Shown here: piece after piece, positions 36,731 through 48,369 of the stretch
Numbering within the stretch: position 1 is the stretch's first letter
How the letters are laid out: every line of letters starts with the position of its first letter
Assembly (NCBI RefSeq): GCF_964355755.1
Contig: NC_092680.1
Span: 3,348,001-3,412,000 of the forward strand
DNA length: 64,000 nucleotides
Direction: 5' to 3'
DNA from: Antedon mediterranea
Taxonomy: Eukaryota > Animalia > Echinodermata
Made by a program: the position numbers and the translations under genes
Notes under the pieces: model-generated
Seen by the model: only the letters and a program-made list of their open reading frames with translations
Database searches by the model: none
What the model was told of the DNA's origin: nothing

Positions 36731-38711
36731 TAGATTCTGGACGAATATACCTATAACAGCGTTGCTGCAGTATATCAGTTAATAGTTCATTATGTATATT
36801 AATACTTCACTCTAAAAGACACAGGACCTAATAGAAAACCTAATAGCGAGTTGTTAATTGATTGCAGGGAATTGCTGATGGGTTGTATTACATTAATGGA
36901 TATTTTCAGATTTGATCTGATAATTAGTTAATTATTGGTACATTCTGGTCATAAGAGTGATTGTTAGTATGTTCACATCAATCTAGTTTGGATATACGAT
37001 TAGAAGGTTGTGAATCCAGCTCTGAAGACCCACTGTTTTTTTTACAAATAACGTCTTCTTTTAATTGCAAGATCCATCAAGAAACAATTTGAAAACTTAA
37101 TATTCGTGGAAATAATGATTGAGTTTAATCGTTCTTTTTATGGTTGTCATCTATTCATCAGTTTTTATTTGTGTGTTGCTCTTAAAGTATTCCTTTCGTT
37201 GTTTTCTGTATGCTATTTTGTAAAACGAAAATGAAATCTCTGTGTTATATTGGAAGGTTGTGAGGCATTCTTCAAACACACACATGTGTTCTCAAATTTT
37301 GGATCATGAACTGTTCTATCCACTGCTGAATGAAAACCTCAACATTTACTTATTCTTTCTTGAGACTGGTTAACAGAATTTGCTTGGTAGTTGTACCATT
37401 TTCTTCTTTATCTATTTTGACTTCCTTTTAAACATCAGTTTGCATGGATGAATACTGTTTTGCAATATGTTTTTATTTACAAAATATGAATACATTCATT
37501 GAATAGTCGGCATGAGTATAAAGGATAATAGTCTTTGGAATAATAATATTTCAATCATTGCAAGTTATTTCTGCTATTTGAGGAAAGAAATTCAATTTTA
37601 TATCATAAGATCATATCTTTTGAATGTTTTCCTCATCTGAACGTCATCTAATGATTATTGTAAAGATTATTCTTTTTGGAAGAATAACTTTAAAAAGTTG
37701 GATAACCTGTTTGGAGATATATATCTACTGTTCCTTTGTGTTATGATCTTCGTTCTGAAAAGGTAATTGTTTAGGATTCTTCATTGTATCTCCAATGCCT
37801 TTTGTATCGTCGACTGACGTTGGAATTGCAAAAGGTTAAGCGCTGTCATATCAGTTTTATACAAATCTGAATTGTTAAAATCCTCATTTTTCTTATCCAA
37901 TTATTCCTTTGATGAGTAGATATATTTTATGGGTTCATTTTTATTCATTTGCTAGGCTCTAGATCAAATTGTATTAAACTCAATTATGTTCTGAGTGTCC
38001 TGTTCGTGTCAGATTTAAGATAGTTGTTTAAGTCACTTAACAGCATTCTACCTGATGATGATTTTCCCCCTCTTCTTTTCCCCCAGGGTTGCAAACTTGC
38101 ATATAATGTTATACTGTTATATTTTATTTCTCAGTGTCCCGTTCGTGTCAAATTTGTATACACTTAAAATAACATTTTATCTAAGGAAGATTCCTACTGT
38201 CTACTCCCCAGGTTATGTACAACTTGCATGGAATTAATAATGATATTTAAATTAGATAGTTTTTCCTTGAATTTAAATTCATCACATGTTTGGTTTGAGT
38301 AAACTTTGGTTGAGTTTATCATTTTTTATATTTGTATTTTTTATTTTTGCAATGTTTCAAAATATTTTCTTTGAAAACTTGTGTTGCTGCACAACATTTC
38401 TGAATGGAGCCCTCTATGTTTAGATATCTTAATCCATAATATCATTTTATATTATTCTTATTAATTTCCATATAGTTTCAAACAGTTATATAAAAAAAGA
38501 AGTAAAGCAAAAAATATCTAAAAAAAATTTTTTCACTATTTTAAAAAAAAACTTTTAAATTCCTTGCAAGAACATACATACATTAATATTTTGCATATAT
38601 TTTCTTATTGTTACTACTAATACTATACAGTACATGAAAAATATAAAAAGGCAGGGAAACAGCATTTATCTATTTATAAACATGAACAACATTTACAGTA
38701 AAAAAACAATA

Positions 38712-38893
38712 TACAGTCAAATCTCCAAATACTAGACACTTTGAAAACTGGAAACTCTCCCAAAACCAGACTTTTCCAAAAAGGTCCAAATTCATTTTTA
38801 TCATTAGAAACACATTCCGAATACCAGACTTTCTGGAAAACCAGACATATTAGGTCATCCCAAAGGCGTCCGGTATTGGGTGAGTTTACTGTA
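38712..38893. mobile_element. Tc1/mariner-like MITE
   Basis: TA-cagtcaaatctccaaatac...gtattgggtgagtttactg-TA, with internal aaaccagac repeats. Confidence 0.7.
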
Positions 38894-39662
38894 TTATTAA
38901 ATTAGACAAGAAAAAGTTGAAGAAATAGGAGTTTATTTTGTTACATATACCATTCATTTCAACATTTTGTTTTGTTATTAAAAGAAGGTTGATGTTTAAC
39001 CCCCAAGTAATTTAACAAATGCAACAATGTGTTATCACAACATTTGAACTGAATGGTAATCATTTTCAAAATGAATTTGAAATGAATTTACCAAACAACA
39101 TGATTGTAAGGTTTCCATTTGTGACCTTTTCTTGTTTCACCACTCACTGTCCCTATTCAACATTTTGTTCTCTTTAATAAAAAAACAACAATATAAGAAG
39201 GTTAATCTTTAACCTCAACCAGAAATTAATTAACAAACACAAACACAACATTGTGATATCATAACATTTAAACCTTAATAATCTTGAATATAAATAATAT
39301 TGTTATAATAGTATAACTTATTTCTTTCAAAATATGTAGGATTAGGTCACAAGATCAAATGTAGTTATTATTATAACTGCTCACTGTTCTTGTTGTTTAT
39401 CAAACGCTTTGTTTTTATTATGTTGCTTTTTTCATGATGTTTTACTTACCAATTTATTTGGTGGTTGTTAACCCTTATATGGAAATAGTAATGAATTTTG
39501 AACATAAACATTAGTTTTGCGCGTCAATCTGTCTCGTTCTTCACAAAATATTATTTTGAGAATAATCAAAACATAATGCATTATGATTGTAATGATTTGG
39601 TTTTTTCCGACTTCCAAATTATTAGATAATTATTATTTTATCTCTGCTACGTTGTTTTGATT

Positions 39663-39870
39663 TGAATATATTTTGTGCTGGTTGTTTATGATAAATGAAT
39701 TCAATGATATGATTTTTAGAAATATATTTCTAAATTATGAATTAAATTATAAATTTATTAAATGTATATGAATTCACTGTACTATGTTGAAATAGATTTA
39801 GTTTGTACAAATTGTATTATTGAATCCATTTAGTGTAAATCATATTAACAACCAGCACAAAATATATTCA
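39663..39870. repeat. ~208-bp foldback palindrome with perfect 24-bp terminal arms
   Basis: tgaatatattttgtgctggttgtt (39663-39686) is the exact reverse complement of 39847-39870; imperfect inner arms extend the pairing. Confidence 0.8.
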
Positions 39871-40173
39871 TAGTGGTTTAACATGCTTGCCTTCTAATTT
39901 TAATGTTCATGGTTCAATCTTGACCTAGTCTCACAGGATTGTTTCTCACTACTTAGTGTTGTTAGTTGATTGTACTTTTTACTGTATTAAATCCATCCTG
40001 ATTGGCAAGTTACTTGTTTTTAGATAAAAATAAAATTGTAAAAAATATTGTTATAATTTATTTAATCAGACTCATTTTAGTAAACATGTCATGTCATAAC
40101 TTAAACAATTTCAGTCACAGTTGTCTGTATTTAAAGTACTTAACTTAGAGCTATATTAATTGTATCTTAACAG

Positions 40174-40231
40174 GAAAAGCTAAGAGACAAAGAGAAGGCA
40201 AAGCTTTTACCAACAGCAGCCAAAGCAAAAG
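40174..40231 (+). CDS. SCAPER: SCAPER exon 27 (short penultimate exon)
   Basis: taacag| EKLRDKEKAKLLPTAAKAK(G) |gtagga; phase 0 start, and its position corresponds to the human ...QPYQPKG segment. Confidence 0.75.
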
Positions 40232-41633
40232 GTAGGACCTAACTGGCTTTTTTTCATGTTCATTTCTCATACCTCAAATAATCATGCTGATTGCAGTTTT
40301 TTGAGACAGTTTAGTTGTATGCATCTTTTTGTCCAGAAACATTAAAATTGAATCACTCACTCACACTCTTAATTCTAAGGTGGTAAAGCTCACCTTTGAT
40401 TGAGGATATTACTGTATATTGTGTTGTCTTGATGCGTCCTAAACTTTCTCAAATTGTGTGTGATATAGGAGGAGGATGAGAAATTTACTTTTTTAACAAC
40501 TTAACTACTGTAAAAAGGTAGAAACGTCGTACTATTATGATTATGATAATTCATTTAAAGTAAATCTTTCAACATTTTCAACAGTCAGTCTAGTTTTGAA
40601 CACATATACAAGTAAGGATTTAAATAAAAGTATTCTACCATAACACTTCGAAGAGAAGCTCATGGGCTTATTTTTAAGGACTTGTGTAGGCTTCTTTTCA
40701 TTCATTTTTTTTCCGAGTTTTTATGGTAAGTTTAATTTAAATTTGATGGAACTTTTGCATGCTACATATTGAGATCTATATTTATAAGTATTACTATTAT
40801 GTACAAGTCTAATTATATAAAACTTATGGATACAAAAATGATTCAATGAGGTAGTATACCATATACCATTATCAGTCACTAGACCATATGGATGAAAAAT
40901 GGTTTATATCCAGTACACAATGTTATTGAGGCAGAATCAGAATTATCAATGCGCCATAACAATAACTATGAAGAACATGAAAGCTATATGATGCATTACA
41001 ATTCAGATTTATTATACCATGTTTCATTGTACAATAGAAATTGTCTATTCAACAAAAAGGAGTGCAAACAGGAAAAATATATCATTTTCTAGATTGAATA
41101 ATTTTCATACAATACTGATGTGTATGTCAGCCATTAAAATTTATATATAAAAGAATTATGAAAATTATACTGGAATATAATCCTTTAGTGCGTAATAAAT
41201 CATGCAATCACGGTCGAACGGTAATAAATGCCAACATTAGAATTTTTGTGACATAGTCATCGGAATACAGATAGGCAGAGGGTACTAGTAATGTAGTGAT
41301 TTGTATGTGTAGTGGATGGTGAGGCATCTGATGAGGCCTGGCGATGATTTGTATGTACTGGATGATGATATTGTACATGACGGATGGGGAGACATAGCAC
41401 CTCAATAGTTAATCTTATAACTCCATAAAAAATATTGAAAAATTGTATAAATGTTTGTGCAGCATAAAGAATGATGTAGGCCTAGGCATACTGAAGGAAT
41501 AGAAGGAAAAATGTATGGTGATGATATACAAACAATACAATGTGTTTATTATTACCGTATGTGGTGTGTATATAGTTTTTGTAGATACTTAGGTGGGTCT
41601 CGGAGACATCCTAAAACTACCATTCTATGATTA

Positions 41634-41764
41634 AGGTTTATCGCAAATAGATTGATGTTGCGAGGAACGTCATTCCACAATGTATGATGGGAAGGTTTTG
41701 GGAGCAAACTCACAATGTGTATGTGACGTTTGCTCCCAAACCTTTTGCTATTTGCGATAAACCT
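41634..41764. mobile_element. Small TA-flanked MITE
   Basis: aggtttatcgcaaatag ... ctatttgcgataaacct, with internal inverted gggagcaaac/gtttgctccc. Confidence 0.75.
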
Positions 41765-42117
41765 TATGGATGACTCATTGACTGAAGGATCATAAAGTGG
41801 ACAAGACTATTCCGTTTATTTTTACATTCATTCAGAAAAAATTAAATATTGTTTATTTTATTTATTTATTCAACTTTATTTGACAAGGGTAGCTCAATAC
41901 CTGTACTACAGCAGTACAGCTGACTTGAATGAAGAGGCCCTCTTAAAAAAATAAAAAAATATACAGACGACATTCAAACATAAAGATATTTAAGCGAATT
42001 CATAAAGTTATAATTCTCAAACAGATAAAAAATGTTAAAATTCATACATGTAAACAATTTTTAACATTCATTAAAAAAATAAAACTTTAAAGTTCATAAT
42101 AAAAGGACATTGGTACC

Positions 42118-44049
42118 TGTCACGAACTCCTCTCACGTATGTTTCCGAGCAGTTGAAAATACTTTAGGAACTCCCTTGTGACATAAAAGTATACACACAA
42201 AATCCACAAAGTTGTAAAATAACTCAAAAACAAAGCTTTAATTTCAATCAACTTCAACTTTCAACAATCCAGTAAGCACTTTAAACAACAGTTTCACAAT
42301 AACTTTACAATATAACATCCAACCTCTAATCCAACCTCTAATCCAACAACCTTCTTCAAAATAAATGCTTCAATCAAAATCCTTCTCCCACTTACAATTG
42401 TCATACTTCCCCTTATATACAATATGTTCATAACCTTCTAGATCATTCCTTATACTTCTCATTATTACATGATTACAGTTTCTATTAATAGGACTTCTGG
42501 ATGTTCTTGATTGTTCTTATTAATTATACATGGTTTCTTAAATCAAAACATCTAATTCTAGAATGTTCATGTAAATACTATGTTACTCTATATGTTAGGG
42601 AATGGTAATTTATTACACTCCCCCCTCTTTCTGAGCTCAAAACTCTTTCTTGGAGTTTTGAAGGGCAAGTATACACGAAAGTGGCAAAAGTTAACCCACT
42701 CCTATTCTATAAAACTTAAATACGCCATAATAACATACAACATAATCATTAATAATTACTAATAATGAACAAACAATATTCATGTAAATTTGTCGGAATG
42801 GTTCACTAACAATTACTGACATAGGAATCATAAAATCCTTAAATTTAGTTTTATACTTTGAGGCTTTACAATACTCTGTCAACGAAATATCATGTGAAAA
42901 TTTCAAAACACTATTACTGCAATGATATAAAACCAGTAATTTCTCTATGGGTTCTGTCTGGTGTTTAGTAAAAACATGCCTAAATAAAATTCCGTCCTTA
43001 CAGACCGTCATATCTTCCCGACATAAACCTTCTTTCCTTTCAATATCTTCCCGATGTAAACGTTCTTGGTTATCCATCATCTGCTGCATCAGAAGACTCT
43101 GTTGTTGTATTTGTTGCTTCATTAACAACACTAAAAAGTCTGTACTGCTGTACACTTTACCGGATATTGTTGTTGATTGTTTATCAGCCATATTTTAAAT
43201 CTGGATGAGGGTCTTGTTACTAGTTAATCGTAGTTACCGAGACGTTCACAAGTCTACTGTTCCAAATAAATAATGTACTGTTCTTAAAACAATGTTTGTG
43301 TCCTTACGATTAAACAAAACGTAGCACCGCGGCTTCCGTAAAATATCACAGTATCGTAAGTACCGCTTTCACAAAATATCAATAAAGTACAGTTGATCCT
43401 AAAACAGCCACCAATCTATGGCAAAATACAGTAGATCAAACTGCTACCACAAAATCTCACAACCGTAGATAAATACACAGTTAAGTCGAACAGTAGATCG
43501 AAATAACCGCTGCCACCAAATTAGGCTGAACACCGCTGCCACCAAATTATGTCACGAACTCCTCTCACGTATGTTTCCGAGCGGTTGAAAATACTTTAGG
43601 AACTCCCTTGTGACATAAAAGTATACACACAAAATCCACAAAGTTGTAAAATAACTCAAAAACAAAGCTTTAATTTCAATCAACTTCAACTTTCAACAAT
43701 CCAGTAAGCACTTTAAACAACAGTTTCACAATAACTTTACAATATAACATCCAACCTCTAATCCAACCTCTAATCCAACAACCTTCTTCAAAATAAATGC
43801 TTCAATCAAAATCCTTCTCCCACTTACAATTGTCATACTTCCCCTTATATACAATATGTTCATAACCTTCTAGATCATTCCTTATACTTCTCATTATTAC
43901 ATGATTACAGTTTCTATTAATAGGACTTCTGGATGTTCTTGATTGTTCTTATTAATTATACATGGTTTCTTAAATCAAAACATCTAATTCTAGAATGTTC
44001 ATGTAAATACTATGTTACTCTATATGTTAGGGAATGGTAATTTATTACA
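42118..44049 (-). mobile_element. Non-autonomous Ty3/Gypsy-type LTR retrotransposon (1932 bp; 500-bp LTRs)
   Basis: TG...CA LTRs at 42118-42617 and 43550-44049, with one visible mismatch. TSD GTACC at 42113-42117 and 44050-44054. Minus-strand PBS matches the tRNA-Leu(AAG) 3' end (caccgctgccacca, 43531-43544). PPT at 42618-42630. Confidence 0.93.
42691..43191 (-). pseudogene. Deleted gag-integrase remnant ORF of the LTR element
   Basis: A Gag-like N-terminal coiled coil (MQQMMDNQERLHREDIERKE) is joined to integrase-like remnants (DGILFR...LLVL...VLKFSHDI; IPMSVIVSEPFRQIYMNIVCSL, resembling PMPVITEPFxRIAMDIVGPL). Confidence 0.7.
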
Positions 44050-44559
44050 GTACCAAATATTGCTTATTATTAATGCTTATCTTTTATTTGAGATATAATT
44101 TTAACTTGGTTTTAAAAATCAGAATAATATATATTGCATTTAAAGGGGAGAGAAATAAGAAAGGAAGTGGCTCTGTATTAAATAAAAACACATATTTGTC
44201 ATCTCTGTAGATCATACGTATCTGTATTATATACTTACTTTGTCCTTCATCTTCACACATCTTGTCAAAATGTTTAAATCTTCACCAAGAAAAGCACTTT
44301 TTAGTCATAAATAATAAGAACAGTTAAAACTACTTCATTAATATTTGATAGCGAGGTAAGTGCACCTATATTAAGATAACTTATTAATTAATTCTCTTTA
44401 CACTACACCTAGAATTGATCCTTCAAGCCTATTATAGGTGTACATGTTCACTTTAATTTAACTTTCCCCAACTGAAATGTGATTAGATAAAATAATGTGT
44501 ATGTTTGTTCTAATTTTTTGACATTTTTACCAAATAGTATCATGTTCTTTTAAAACTAA

Positions 44560-44777
44560 AGATATTATTTCCTTGAAAAAAAAAATAATTTTGATTTTTT
44601 TGTTGATTTTTTTTAAAAATCCTAATTTAAAAGGAAAAGAAAATAGTTAACCTGTCAGACAACATGTTTGTTTTTTAATTTTCACAAGTGATATTTGTTC
44701 AGGTTTTAAACAAAATTTAATTAAAACTACACATTCAATGCCTTTTCAAAGATTGATTTGATTCACTTATTTTTCAT
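44560..44777. mobile_element. Kolobok-like TTAA MITE, degenerate copy
   Basis: aaagatattattttcc ... ttcatgttcttgtggaaaatacatctctaa resembles the family ends. Confidence 0.5.
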
Positions 44778-47700
44778 GTTCTTGTGGAAAATACATCTCT
44801 AATAATAGATAATTTGACGGTAAACCAAATATAAAAAACCACAGCACATCTCGACTATTTTAATTTGTAAAACAAAATATTTATCATTATTTTTGTGGAT
44901 GGCAATAATTTAATTTTGTGACTAACAAGTGAAAAGTGTAAACCTCCCACAAGAGAGTAGGATGATATCGTAGGATGATATCGTAGGATGGTTGTTGGAT
45001 TCATGGATTGTAAAGTGCACTGGAATCATATCATAGAATTGAAAACAGGCTTAGCTATACTTAATATATTGAAAACTAATGTACCATCTGCCAACACTAT
45101 ATTGCACACACTAATCTTGTTTAACATTATTTTGTTGTTGCTTGTTGATAACAAAATAAAATAATATATTTTCAATATGTGCAAAAGATTTTACTTATTG
45201 TACAATAATTGTTTTATGATAAACAAATTAAACTTTGAGTTTAGTATGAACAAATTGAAATATTGAGGTATTTTGCAAAAATTGATGTGCAAAAAAATGT
45301 TTGATTATGTTCATAAAAAAAAGTAAAAACATATTACAAAAACTTGAAAAATATGAAGTAATTAATGTTAATTAAAGATTAAACAAAAATGATGTTGAAC
45401 TATGAAATTAAAGATATAAACACTTTTATAATGCACTTTTAGACTTCCATCACTTTATTGCAAACATTTTGATCTAGTAAAAATATTTGATATGATTAAT
45501 GACTATGTTACATTGTTTGCTATTTTATGTAAAAGTATTCTTTACTTGCAATTAACCTGTTACTGACATAAAACATATTTTCTTCTTTTTATTCCTAATG
45601 GAATTTCGTTATAATTATGTATTTTAAATACTTTAATAAAGTGGAAAACTGAGTTTATTTCTTTCAAAAGTAGATTTATTGCATAATAAATTTTAAATTA
45701 GCCCACTAAGCATATTAGTGTTCATCTTTATTATCAGATAAATTACTGTCCTTTTCATAGAGTAAAGTGATATTAAAAAGTTTAACATTAGGTTGTATCA
45801 TGGATCAGCCTTTTTTTGCTGCGTTTTCATCATTCATCCACTTTTCAGAAATTTTTGAAAACAATTTTTTTTATTCATCTGACTGTCTGATTGACTGTTT
45901 CAAAAATCTGTACAGTATAATAAATAATAAACACTTATAAGGTTAGCACACGCAATTTGTTAACTTTATTTATTTTATTTTATTCTGGTATTATATGAAA
46001 AAACATATATTATATAGAATAGATCAAAAACAAGTATTTTAATATAATTATTACATATTAGCCTATTATACATTCCTACAATTTTATCTTTATTATTTCG
46101 AATATTTTTATTTATTTTTTATTTAATTATAATTGTCATAATTTAAATGATTCAGTTATTAACACATGATATTTAGGAGTCTTTTGAAACACTTTAAAAG
46201 TTAATACACAAATAATTTTATAAATATTTTGTTGGTTTAATTTGTTACATAAAAGACAGTGCTGGAAATCCAAATGATTGAAAACAGATGAAAATAATCC
46301 AAGATATATAATACTTGAGTGGAACAGTAACAAAATCCGTAAAATATTGTGGGCACGTACGCCTCAAGCTTCGCTATGCCTCATGCGTATGCTCCTGCAC
46401 GGAGACATGATCTATCTCAACGTTTACTCAACCCATTAGCGTTGTTAAAGGCCGTTTGTCCCTGCGATACACCGGGAACCTGATCTTGCTGTTCGACAAT
46501 TACCGGCAATTTGTTGGAGTAGGTACTAATGTTGGTAATACTTGAGAACTAAAGTTTTCCATTAGCGAACACAACAAACAACGTGTAATGTGGTAATTAG
46601 CCTGTGTGTTGGATATCCTTAAAAGCGAAGGAAAAAGAAAAGCTACTCATAATGATGGATTATTGTTTAAAAAATAAAGCTTTTCTTAGTTTTTCTTTTC
46701 TTTATTTTTATTGCAGTATCACATATAAAATCAAATGATTGATTTTTGATGCGATATCAACCTCTTTTTTCTTGCGTATATATGTTTTAAAATAGAAAAC
46801 AATTTGTAGTGATCAAAGTAATTGTTGTGAACGTTTGCTTGTTTTAAGCAAAAACCAGTTGAACAAAAGGACAATTGTTTTATTTACTGTACTTATTATT
46901 TATTGGTTAGATGTTTTGATAAACTCATACTGAAGACATTGAGTAAAATTTATAGGACTTTGTTAAAACTGAGAGATGGGGGGGGGGGGGGGATCTTTAA
47001 TTGGAATGAAATCTGGAATAGATTTTAATTTAGATAACGGCAATTTAATATCAAAATATATTCTGAATAATTTAATACTTTATGTCCTTGTAATGTGTAC
47101 GATTGAGAAAATTACGTGTCAGAAAATAAAAGATCAAAGAATGAATGAATACGGTCGCCAGGAAATCGTTACCACCTTTCACCATCATTGTAATTTTCTT
47201 AACTTAAAATCTGTTACATTATTTATTTTAATGTATTGAAAAAAATTAATTCTGTTGCTTTAATATAGATATGTGCGATTGTTATGTTGTGCAATTTTTC
47301 ATCCAAGACTACATATTGAATATAGATCAAAGGGTTCCTCCGGTATTGGCTTGTCTCGCATTCAAATATCACAAACCATATTCCATTTTCTCTGATTGCT
47401 TCCCACAATGTTTTCACAATATATATTAGTGTAAATTGGAAATCAGGGTAAAATCGTGTCAAATATTGGATTTCTTTTGTAATAATGGATTGTATACAAT
47501 GATTTTCATTTATTTAATTGATTAATGGTTCCTCCTACATTGTTATAACTGCTTATACCTTCTAGACTGTCCTTGCTATTTTATTAATTTTAATTAAAAA
47601 CTGTCTAATCTCTTCTAATTATCGATTCAAAGCTTTTTTAGAAATTAAAGAAACATGTTTTTTTAGTGTAATCTTTTCCACAGAGAATATTGCCCTTCTA

Positions 47701-48340
47701 TGCTGGGAATAGTAATTGAATTTTTACCAGGGCGGTAATTTTTTACTTGACTTTTTAGGGCAAGTGGTGAGACAAGATTTTTATTTTAATACAGATTGAT
47801 TTATCAAATTGGCGCCATCCAGCTATTTTTGATGGACATTAAATTGATACGATTAATTAATTATAAAATAATATTAATTATACCATCATTATTATAATGA
47901 TTTTGTTACTATTTCAACTGTCTTCGGTTTGTAAATAATGCTATGCTAGATTAAAATAAAAAATATTTTCATTTTATATATTTTTTTTATATTTTTAATA
48001 TTATTAAATTACCACATAAGGCTATCACACAGTTTATGTAGTATTTTTTGCAATTTTTTTTTCTTTTTGTACCATATAAAAGGTTACAAAATAAAGGCAA
48101 ATTTGTAGAATGTTTTAAAAGAAGAAATATATTTAAAAAAAAACTGTTTCTTCTAGTTTCATAGGACACCCTTCCCCAGACAGTTATCACTAACTTTGTA
48201 GCCCTTGCTCTACAACTTGTTTTACTCGCATAACTTGCATAAATTGAAATTATAGGCTATGACATAAATAAGAAGTTATTGGTATTATATTAAAACCTTT
48301 TTTTTTTATAAATCCAGAGGCAGTCCAACATAGTTTTGTC

Positions 48341-48369
48341 CATAGTCAATAGAAAGTATATTGACTATG
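48341..48369. mobile_element. 29-bp P-like TIR remnant / excision footprint with 7-bp TSD
   Basis: TTTTGTC-CATAGTCAATA gaaagta TATTGACTATG-TTTTGTC. Confidence 0.6.

Larger units (their letters stand above)
2949..40231 (+). other. SCAPER: SCAPER gene span (coding part within window; 27 exons, last exon not found in window)
   Basis: The spliced exons give a continuous frame of about 1412 codons. Blocks match remembered human SCAPER in order: DKVRRLVKEEGRNARNLVQWSVP, KIDLRARYWAFLFDNLQRAVDEVYHTCE, PTSLAWEVRK, SWADRVK, EGWETVQRG, MHEKLSSPSRK, coiled coil, C2H2 finger, LPFQYFSDPRL...NKIILEQEMSC. Confidence 0.96.
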
